Positions 26,281 through 36,119 of a DNA stretch of 64,000 bases are shown piece after piece. The stretch's first letter is position 1; the number at the start of each line of letters is the position of its first letter. A program made the translations under genes and the position numbers. Under the pieces are notes generated by a model. The model worked only from the letters and a program-made list of their open reading frames with translations, made no database searches and had not been told where the DNA came from. Origin of the DNA: Phoronis australis (Eukaryota > Animalia > Phoronida); the NCBI GenBank assembly GCA_002633005.1, contig NMRA01000247.1, forward strand, positions 1 to 64,000. The letters are read 5' to 3'.

Positions 26281-27639
26281 GTCAAAATGTGAGCAACTTA
26301 TGCCAAGACAATGTTAAACTGGGTGCACCTTATGCTAGGAGAACGTTAAAATGGGAGCACCTTGTGCTAGAAGAATGTTAAAATGGGAGCACCTTATGCT
26401 AAGATTATGTTAAAATGGGAGCACCTCATGCTACGAGAATGTCAAAATGTGAGCACCTTATGCCAAGAGTATGTTAAACTGGGAGCACCTTATGCTAGGA
26501 GAATGTTAAGACGGTAGCACCTTATGCTACAAGATTGTTAAAATGTGCGCCCCTTATGCTAGGAGAACGTTAAAATGGGAGCACCGCATGCTAAGAGAAT
26601 GTTTAAATGGGAGCAGAATATGCTAGGAGAATGTTAAAAGGGAAGCACCTTCTGCAACGGGAATGTTAAACTGGGAACACCTTATGGAATGTTTAAATGG
26701 GAGCACCTGGTCCTGATGCTAGGAAAATGTAGGAGCAGCTTTTGCAACAAGAATGTTAAAACGGGAGCACCTTACGCTAGGAGACTGTTAAACTGGGAAC
26801 ACCTTATGTTAGGAGAATGTTAAAATGAGAGCACCTTTTGCAAGGAGAATGTCAAATTGGGAGCATCTTTATCTATGGCCACTAGCACCTTTTCTTTTGT
26901 CACGCAGCCACATCGTCGACCCCTATTGTTCGTTGTTGGGTAATGGTGTCAAATAAGGCACCCAGCGTATTTCTGTTTTTCCTTATAAATACTCACATAT
27001 GTGGGTCGAAGATACGAAATTACTATTTTTTTCTATCTTGCAGTGTTAATACTTCTCCCAACTTCCAACATGCAGTCGTAATATCAACAATTTTTTCGAA
27101 CTCGATGAACTTGCAGAGACGACATGTTTGAATGTGGTTGTGTTATTGCGTCACCTGTGGATGACAACTACGTCGTGTACATGTAAAGGAAATTTCAATC
27201 ACAGTATTTTTTTCTTGGCAATGTTATCCAGCACTGCACACTTTTGCAGAGGTAATTCAAATTAAGAAGACTCAGCTGTTGTGGATAGTAATGATCCTTA
27301 TATACCTCCTAACTAGCTTATTTAAAGTACGTGGTCGTCTGGTAAAAAATTATCCGTCGGGACCACGCCTTCTTCAAGAGCACCTATTTAGTGGAGCACC
27401 TGTCGAATTCTGCCGGTGAGCAAAATAGAGCACCTCGTAATCGTAATTCCAGACAGAAAAGAGTACGGAAATTTCCTTGAAAAAGTCAAGGCACTCTGAT
27501 CCATTTTCTGCATTTTAATGGCATAAATATACACAATTAATATGTAAGCTATACTTCAGAACCATCAAATTTAAAAGAAACTCCGCTATTGTATAAGAAA
27601 GAGATAAAATTGTTGATGTTATAATGATTATTTGAAGTA

Positions 27640-28142
27640 ACCTTGATATTATTCTTTCTCACAGGATTTGAGCCAATCACATGAGGAAGGTGCTGAAGAA
27701 GGTGCTCGACTCCAGTACGGTACACTTTTATACCTAGTATTGTGAGTATATTTTTGTCAACGTGTCGACTGTTATTTGCAAAGCTAGCAATCTGATATCG
27801 AATGTAACGCAAAACTGCCTTACTATGTGAGGTATAAAACAATGTATTGTCTTGAGAATTGTCTAGAAATTGTTGGTATCCCACGTGTTTTTATGGAGTC
27901 TCTGACTCGATTGCCATGTTCTGAATGTTCAAATCATTCGTTTAGGACTTAGTGGAAAGAGGGCGCCACGCACAGCAGCCACACAAATATTTCCTATAAA
28001 AACAGTCTGTGTGAGTTATGTAATTCGGAATGTGTAGAGGACGAGTACCATGTTGTGTTAGTTTGCAGTGCGGTAATTGTTTACAATATGACGACATTGA
28101 CTTACAGACATATGATTTTGGTATCATTTGATTCCTTGCAAT
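27640..28142 (+). mobile_element. Old non-LTR retrotransposon 3' remnant (RTEX-like ORF2 C-terminus), target of the Gypsy insertion; probably resumes at 31907
   Basis: Decayed translation NAKLPYYVRYKTMYCLENCL...CSNHS..VERGRH...LCELCNSECVEDEYHVVLVC (CCHC knuckle typical of LINE ORF2 ends). Confidence 0.6.
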
Positions 28143-28782
28143 TGTAACGGGCCGGTATCTACGACCAAGGCGCCCCGATTTTACGAGCCCGGTGCGGACT
28201 GAGGGTGATATCGAAAACTAAAAGTTGGTGAATACTACATATGTTTATTGTAAGAATATATAACTACAATATTTCACACTTACAAGCAATCCAGTTGTTC
28301 CATGATTTAGTATCGCAGCGTTGTGATTTATACAGTTCTGATACACGGGCAAGCCAGTCGCTGATTAATAGTTGTGTGTGCAAGAACGGGGCAATTTGGT
28401 TATTCAGATCCGAAAGGTGAGGTGCAATCAAGCTCGGGAGGAGCCCGAGAATTGCATGGGGCTAAACTATTGGCAACCAAGTTCGGGAGGAGCCCGAAAG
28501 CTGCACAAACAGTTGCAGTTTGGTGTGAGTGAAGGTGTACATGTTTGCTTCTTGAACTCTGCGACTGGACTCCTCGTGTCTGACAGAGACAAGGCTTAAG
28601 TACTCAATTTCAACCAATCAGACACGATCTGAAGGGCAAGGCCCATAGCTCCTAGCTTCTGACCATATTTGGCCATGTCCAAAGGACTCAACATCATAGG
28701 AAAATTCCATACGTAATACACAGCTTGACCACTAGAGGGCGCATATATCTTACATAATCATGTCCAGGGCACTGTTGTTACA
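28143..28782 (-). repeat. 3' LTR (640 bp)
   Basis: TG...CA inverted termini, adjacent PPT; 28557-28782 is nearly identical to 31673-31902. Confidence 0.95.
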
Positions 28783-29043
28783 CTCCCCCTGCCTCAGATC
28801 ATGTCACACCCGTGACTGATAATAAAAAAATAAAACAAACAGGAGTGAACTTCAAATCACTTAAACATATCGATATCAAAATCAAACAAAAGAAACTATC
28901 CAAACACCATGAAGTTAATCGAGCAACTTACACAGTAGCACTGCCCGTAATAAAAAAATCAAACTAATACAAAAAATGAATAAAAGATAACAATTAAGGT
29001 GCGGCCATCACCTGTATACATACAAACGAACTAAAAACACTAG

Positions 29044-29515
29044 CTAGCTAATATAATGGCGGTATGGCTCGACGGGGACGCGGAACCAGTGCTGTTTGGG
29101 GGAGACATACATCCGGCCTTCTCGGTCCCAACGCACTGCCTCGTCTCGCGCCACCGTAACTTCAGGAAATGGCTGGGGAACATCCCTTTTGGCGTCTACC
29201 TCTCGCCGGCGTTCTGCGGCAGCGACAGCCTTTGCATGTTTCCGGTTCTGAACCAGTATTTCTGTCGTTCCGTCGTGGCCGGTCTTGCATTGGTGTTTTC
29301 GGCACGCGTGCCTAGCTGAAAACCTACGCTTACAATGTGAACAACAGGTAAGTTTAATTAACGGTGAGCAAGTCTTTTCGTGCCGTTTCAGCGTGTAAAA
29401 TTTGGTGAACGTCCTGACACACTCGGCGCACATGTATACGGGTCGAGATTGGCTGGTGGCCTCCTCTGGTTTCCCCACAAGTTGCTCCACCTCTGCAGGA
29501 TCTGGCTGAAGGTCT
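29044..29515 (-). CDS. Extra ORF between integrase and 3' LTR encoding two C2H2/C2HC-type zinc fingers, preceded by a splice acceptor
   Basis: YMCAECVRTFTKFYTLKRHEKTC and CSHCKRRFSARHACRKHQC; on the minus strand TTTTTTTTATTTTGTTTCTTCTTGCAG| opens the frame at 29515. Confidence 0.7.
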
Positions 29516-29559
29516 CTGCAAGAAGAAACAAAATAAAAAAAAAAATTGTAGAAACCGGG

Positions 29560-31096
29560 CCGGTTTCTTGATCAATTTGCCTCGGCGGTTGCGAACAACT
29601 GGGGTACTTGCTGCAGCGTGGACAGCGCCACAGCAGTCAGTACCCGAAGAAACATCATTCTGAGCCTCACTCAGAATGTCCAGAGAGCCAGAACACAATT
29701 CACTGTCGACCTCTTCTAGTGAGCTTACCACCTCCGCCTCCTGATCAGGCTCCGGAGTGGCATCTCGTCTCTCCTGAACTCCAGTAGGCCCATGCCACGG
29801 CTTCAAATGATCAACATGGACTACAATTTTGGGCATATCAGGTCCCTTCTGAATTTCATACAGCACATCACTTACTCGTCTAACTATCGTGTAGGGACCC
29901 ACCCACCCAAGACCAAGTTTCTGGTTAGAAGTTGGAGGGTACCATCGGAAGACCCAGTCCCCATCACGAAATTCGCGAAATTTCTCTCGGGCATTGTAGT
30001 ACTTCTTCTGGCGCTGAAAACTTGAATTCAACGCCTCCCGAGCAAAGCTCCAGGCATCCTCCAGCGTCTGACACAGCCACTCGTTGTTAAGTGACCGTGT
30101 AAGACTGTGTTGTGGTAGTCCTCCCAATGGTCCTATAACATCCAAAGGTAGCGACACCTCCCGTCTGAACAATAACTTGTATGGTGTGAAACCAGTGCTG
30201 TCATGCTGTGAAGAACGATATGCCATCATGACGTACGGTAGATGGTCGTCCCAGTCCCTCCGATGCTTGTCTAGGAACATGGCCAACATCCCTTGGACCG
30301 TGCGATTGCGGACGACATGGGGTGGTTCTAGTTTTCTGCATTCCGAGCAATTGACAGAGAACAAGTTACTCTCAAACTCCCGACCCTGATCAGAATGGAT
30401 GTACGTTGGTACACCAAATCTGGAGATAAACTCTGTCGCGAGTTTGTCTGCGACTGTCTGAGCCGTGTGGTTTGGCAAGGCATAGGCTTCGGTCCACTTG
30501 GTAAAGTAGTCTCCTACCACCATGATGTATTCCATGTCATTGTACGACTTTGGAAGAGGACCAAGTATGTCCAAAGCAATGCGCTGCTTGCCCCTGCTGA
30601 AGTGGTGCGCGACCTCTGCCTGACCTGGTTTGCGACGTGCGCACATCTCGCAAGGCTTGCACCACCTGGAAACATCACCCTGCAGCCCTGGCCAGTAGAA
30701 ACGAGGACGGACGGTCCTAATAGTCTTGTCGCGACCAAGATGTCCCGCTGTTCTTGTGTCATTCGTCAGCTGGAGGACCTGACTCCGTAACTGACATGGA
30801 AGTACAATCACCATTCGATCACCGCCGCCACCGGCGTCGATCCAACGCCGATACAGAACACCATCCTGCAAGCGCAAAAGGTTCCACTCAGAAAACAAAC
30901 GCCGGGTACCCCAGGAGTGCCCCAATATAGCTTTAAGCTCAGGCTTCTCCGACGACTCAGACATGAATTTCACAGCTGGACCTATGACCTTATCGTTCCG
31001 TTGCAGAGCACGAAGCTCATCTTTATTCCAGGTAGGCAGCCAGGCGTCACTCTCAGGGTTTTCACGTTCCTTGGTAACACGTCTTCCCCGTCGCAC
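29560..31096 (-). CDS. Gypsy integrase (zinc-binding domain, rve core, GPY/F region)
   Basis: GHLGRDKT...FYWPG...CEMC; IALDILGPLP; DYFTKW; IHSDQGREFES; WVGPYTI...VVHVDHLKP. Small deletions in the core. Confidence 0.9.
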
Positions 31097-31243
31097 TGCA
31101 GCGACGACTCTTTGACCAGCACATTGGTCACAATCAGATCACTGGCATCTGCGATATGGTTTCCGGGACAAACCATCAGCGTTACCGTGGTGATTACCCT
31201 TCCGGTGCTTAATCTCGTAGTCATATGTGTCGAGAACCGCTAT

Positions 31244-31530
31244 TCACCTGGCAACCATGTCGACGGGTTCCTTAAAATTCTTTAACCACTTCAGGGAATG
31301 ATGGTCTGTTCTTATAAGGAAGTTGCGGCCCCACAAATAATGCCGGAACCGCTTAACAAACGTAACAACAGCCAAAAGTTCACGATACGTGGTGCAGTAG
31401 CGCTGTTGTGACGCTGACAGAGTTTGGCTGGCATAGGCGATGACCCTCTCCTCGCCATCCTGTTCCTGAGATAGTACTCCTGAGATGCCAAAGGCCGATG
31501 CATCCGTGTCAAGGATAAACCTTCCCTGCC
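31244..31530 (-). CDS. Gypsy RNase H fragment
   Basis: FILDTDAS, VIAYAS, YCTTYRELLAVV, IRTDHHSLKWL. Confidence 0.92.
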
Positions 31531-31672
31531 NNNNNNNNNNNNNNNNNNNNNNNNNNNNNNNNNNNNNNNNNNNNNNNNNNNNNNNNNNNNNNNNNNNNNN
31601 NNNNNNNNNNNNNNNNNNNNNNNNNNNNNNNNNNNNNNNNNNNNNNNNNNNNNNNNNNNNNNNNNNNNNNNN

Positions 31673-31902
31673 CTCTGCGACTGGACTCCTCGTGTCTGAC
31701 AGAGACAAGGCTTAAGTACTCAATTTCAACCAATCAGACACGATCTGAAGGGCAAGGCCCATAGCTCCTAGCTTCTGACCATATTTGGCCATGTCCAAAG
31801 GACTCAACATCATAGGAAAATTCCATACGTAATACACAGCTTGACCACTAGAGGGCGCATATATCTTACTTACATAATCATGTCCAGGGCACTCCTGTTA
31901 CA
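31673..31902 (-). repeat. 5' LTR (visible part)
   Basis: Matches 28557-28782 with a 4-bp indel and about 2 substitutions. Confidence 0.93.
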
Positions 31903-34087
31903 CAATGTTATATCTTTCCAAAAATACACAGAAATTCTCCCTACCCCGTCTTTTAATATTTTATCGTGAAATTACTGTTCGCACTATTTCCAGGTACGCG
32001 GTAGTAATACTGCCACGTTGAATGGAAGGAGTCACCTGGCGGTCAAAAACTTAACTTATCTATACCGACTTTTATAGATCGTCGCTTTTTATAAGGTCAA
32101 ATTGACTGAGACTTGATCCCCGCCAGAGTAACTGCCAATAAAGGGTTCGAATTCGATCCTATAGTAACCCTGGTACGCATCTGTTAGCACGAAACCACGA
32201 AAAAAGCAGAAGTTGTTTTTGAGATCCATATTGGTGAAATTGGTATCACTATAGACAATTTCGTGGAAAAATGGTCAAATGGTGACAATATAAAAAAATT
32301 GGAACAGGTGAAATGCTGCTACTTGTTCCTCCATGTTATGTCAGGAAAACTTTAGGAGGAATCTCCCGCAGGCAAACACCATTCAGAATCGATGATGCTG
32401 TTTCATTCATGTCGCTATAATCTTTAGTTGAGCTAACATGGCGGTGTCAACCGGGAAATAGTGCGAACCGAAATTCGACGATAAAATACAGAGGAAATGC
32501 AGTAGGGGATAAATTCATATATTTTTGGAAAGATAACGTTGCGAGGAATCGAACGATACCAATATCATGTGTGTAGGTCAATGTTATCATATTGTAAAGA
32601 ATTACCTGCAGTGCATACCAAGACCTTCGGGTTAAGTTCTATAAAGTGATTGTTTTTGTCATTCTCCCACGACGTAGTATTTATATAGTCCGGATACCTA
32701 TCGTCGTCAGGCTCCAAAGGTCGTCTGCCATCTTCTTTCGCGTGCAGCTCAGCCACGCGGGACTTAGCGTTCCAATTTGGAGTGCTCGTCTGCACGTTAG
32801 GTACTAACTTATCGGAAGAAACACGCATGGAAGAACTGAGACTAAAATTAATGCATTTACCAACTGTTTTTTTTTTTGAGGCCACTTAAAAACTTTTAGA
32901 TTTTACTAATGCACTTTTTTGTTCATTTACAGAAGATATTTTCGAAATTAAATTTTCTTCTGACAACAAAAAACAACTCAGGGATTGTTTATGCAATGTA
33001 TCTATTTGTCCCAGGCACTAACCGACACCTGTTAGGCCAAAGGAAAAACGCAGCATACAAAAGGAACACGCTGAGTGCTTAACAGTTTCGGCCCACCTTG
33101 GTCATCAAAATATTGTCCACTTGTTTTTTATTGCAAAACAAAGTACTAAACTCAACATTTATGTTGAAATTTTTGGTTAAAGCATTTTGAATTTCTTTGA
33201 AGAAAACTAAAATACTTGAATTGATAGAGAATGGCCACCAATAAAGTAAAACATTGACTTTATTTCACTATATTGCATTGTTACATACAACACAGCTTGA
33301 CATAATCAAAAATAAAAGAAGAGATTGAGCAATAAAATGCAAATACAACTTGGGTATTTATTTACTTATTTATTTATGATTGCAGAAGTCTGTTAAAGGT
33401 GAGAAAAAATCAAACAATACTATATTGGGTAATTTATTAGAACAATTGTGTCGAGGTTCAATGATCAACTTGCACCGACAAAGTCTCAAAGGGTTACTGT
33501 TCTGTTTTGGCTGACAAGGTGTTATCAAAGAATGATGAAAAACTGAAAAGAAAAAGGACAGCAGAGATAAGTGGTGTTAAGAACAACAAGAGCAAAAAGT
33601 CAAATAAGAGGTCACAAATACAAAATAAGTAAGGTCTATCTGGAATAAAACAATTGCGGTTTATTTTCCAGAACTGAAATTCTAAATCAATTTTAATCGA
33701 TTTTAGAATCGATACCATACTATTAAAACAGTTTTGGTTGAAGTAGAATTGCTGTAAACCACTTTCCACTATTTTCTTGGCCTTTTTCTATGTGGTTTTC
33801 TGTTCTTTTAAAAGGCGGCAGCATATGATGACCATAGGCGTCATTATAAAATGGCTGCTGAAAAGCAATGTACAGTTGAACAACTCTGCATATAAGTAAA
33901 AGGAAACGTTTGGATCAACGAATACTATGTATTTGTGACAGTTAAATCAAATCCTATTCAGAGCATAACTTTGAAGTGGAATAATTGGGCGAGTATGACA
34001 ACAAGCCAGTTTTATGCTTAGGCGAACGACCATTGGGTTCCCAAGTATACATAGTGTATTGAGCACCATCAGAAACTGAGGACGCTT

Positions 34088-34139
34088 TAGGCAATGACCA
34101 TCACCTCTGTTGGCCAACAGAGGCGATGGTCATTGCCTA
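34088..34139. mobile_element. 52-bp loop-less palindrome with 9-bp flanking direct repeat (TIR-only mini element)
   Basis: TAGGCAATGACCATCACCTCTGTTGG|CCAACAGAGGCGATGGTCATTGCCTA (1 mismatch); flanks AGGACGCTT / AGGACGCCT. Confidence 0.65.
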
Positions 34140-34950
34140 AGGACGCCTGTGCCCACGACATCTAAATTTGTTTATTTGATTGTCTCATGAGAACTCCGGA
34201 AATCCTACTTATAAAATTCATCCATCATGCTCGCAAGCATCAATTTATGATCCAGTTTGAAATGTGGCACCTGACAATGTTCTGTCTTGTACATGATCTA
34301 CTTTGGGCCTATGGCCATGTGTATATGTTTCAATAAATCAATATTATAATATTTTGGGGAATTGGTCGAATTTCATCAATGTCTTTGGGAGTTATTTTAG
34401 ATAGGCAAAAATCATCTTAGTGTACTGCTTCCTAAAATATGTAGGTGTAATTTACTATTTGGGGATCGGAATGTAGTTTTTCCAACTTCAGGCTGCAACT
34501 AAGTTTACTGAAACATCTTATTCTTACAATATTAGCTTCTAATTGTCAAAAATCACATATAATTTATCACACAGGTATATATATATACAAGTAAATCAGA
34601 AACCAACGAATTTGTTTATCAAAGCAGAATGTTATAAGCAATTTCCGATGGCATGCTCTCAGATTTTAGACAGGTAACCGCAGGAAGATGGGAAATCGGG
34701 CATTCGTATTGTAAGTAAGGTACTTTTGCTCATTTCAGATGTATCTATAATGGTACACGAGGTAAACTTGAACTCCACCGACAAAAGAAAATGCTGATAT
34801 CTTTGTTTATGAAATGCGAGGGTTCTTTGACTACCTCCGTTCGACATGTAAACGGTCATCACCAATAGTAGCCTCAAAAGCAATGTTATTCATATGTGGG
34901 AATTCCTTACAAAGAATTCATACGGTACTGTAGTAACCATCTTCAAAAAG

Positions 34951-34995
34951 ACACTAGCTGAAACCCGTGCTTTGCACGTGGTTATCAGCTAGTGT
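34951..34995. repeat. 45-bp hairpin with CTAG-containing ends (Helitron-terminus-like)
   Basis: ACACTAGCTGA-AACC-CGTGC-TTT-GCACG-TGGTTA-TCAGCTAGTGT. Confidence 0.55.
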
Positions 34996-35330
34996 AAGGG
35001 AATTATCTTAAAAGCATGGTTTACGCTACACGTGGGAAGTTGCCCTGGTGATACAGGCTTGAGTTAGGAAACAAATTCACCTTTGCTGTTATCAATGCTT
35101 TTATTATTTGCTATTGTCATCCACTTTTTTGTTTAATTGCATTTCATTTTTTGTCGAACCTCCGATTTTATAGTTAATTTCATCGCACACAAATGTTATG
35201 GTGTATACCATGTAGTACACACTCGCAATGTGTCTTTATTACCATACCTCAAATTCGCATGTACAGATCTGTTTGTGAATGTATGTTTCACGTGTTTAGC
35301 TGTAGTGAACAAAGTCCTCAATCAAATTAG

Positions 35331-36115
35331 CTCACTGAGTGAAAATCTCACTGGGTGAGAATTTTGGACTTAGAAAATTGTGTGTGTGCCTTTTGTACAG
35401 CCACTGACTGAATAGATGAGAGATCAAAGATTTTTTGGTAACCAAAACATTGCTTATTTTTGTGAGTTTATCTTGAAATTTGACAAGGATACAATTTAAT
35501 GGCAAATAGTGAAATATAGTAGACATAAACTAACAACTATAATGCCTTTGGTGAATCAGCAAAATACTGAAAACTCAGCTGTCAAAACGGAATGAAGACA
35601 TCAGTCTAATACTTGTGCTTCATGCACTAGATGTATGAAATGTACTAATCTTAAGCTTATTTACACACAAAATCAGTCCAGGGTCCCCTCTGGTTGACTG
35701 TTCATTAATTTCACAATATTTGTGAGAAAAACATTCGACAATCTTCAAGCTATTTCTCCAACTGCTCATTCCGCGCCATTTTAGTTTGAATTCAGAAATC
35801 TGGTTCAACTGAAATTTCCACAGTTACAGCCAATCAGGGTGTTTGTTTATCTTAAATTCTTACTGAATTCTCACTCCAATTTTGGCAAGTCCAAATTCTC
35901 ACTCAATTCTTACTCAGAATTTTTCTAAGACCAAAATTCTCACTGGATTCTCACTGTTACATAACATTTTCTCACTCATTCTCACTGACTGCCCCTGTTG
36001 TTCAATTCCCACTGGGTTCTCACTGGCATTTCTAACTGTAATTGGTGATTTAGTGAGAATCTAACTGGAATCTACCTGGAATCCAGTGAGATTCTTACTT
36101 TCTTTTTCGTAAGGG
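35331..36115. mobile_element. Remnant of a non-autonomous DNA transposon with ATTCTCACTG subterminal repeats and internal inverted repeat
   Basis: 35345-35385 is the reverse complement of ~35905-35945; repeated (A)TTCTCACT motifs; ends ...TTTTTCGTAAGGG. Confidence 0.45.
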
Positions 36116-36119
36116 AAAG

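Larger units (their letters stand above)
23745..26890. repeat. 32-bp tandem array AAAATGGGAGCACCTTATGCTAGGAGAATGTT, split by the LINE at 24676-26280, with a 512-bp higher-order repeat
   Basis: The unit is directly visible; the variant series starting at 24031 recurs from 24543 and continues after the LINE. Confidence 0.95.
28143..31902 (-). mobile_element. Ty3/Gypsy LTR retrotransposon, minus strand, both LTRs present; gag/PR/RT hidden in the N-gap
   Basis: TGTAAC...GTTACA termini; 4-bp TSD CAAT (28139-28142, 31903-31906); PPT AGGGGGAG (reverse complement of 28783-28790); RNase H and integrase ORFs. Confidence 0.95.

Noticed and set aside
29354-29560. C-terminal extension of the 580-aa integrase ORF (FLQFFFLFCFF...)
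   Set aside because: It is read-through of the polypyrimidine tract, out of frame with the zinc-finger ORF; probably a lost stop codon.
33030-33785. Possible Zator-like element (TAGGCCAAAGG...TTCTTGGCCT)
   Set aside because: The inverted match is only ~7 bp and no matching TSD is present.
34680-34716. Candidate 5' UTR exon donor (ATT|GTAAGT) for the dehydratase gene
   Set aside because: A lone donor-like hexamer is not enough without transcript data.
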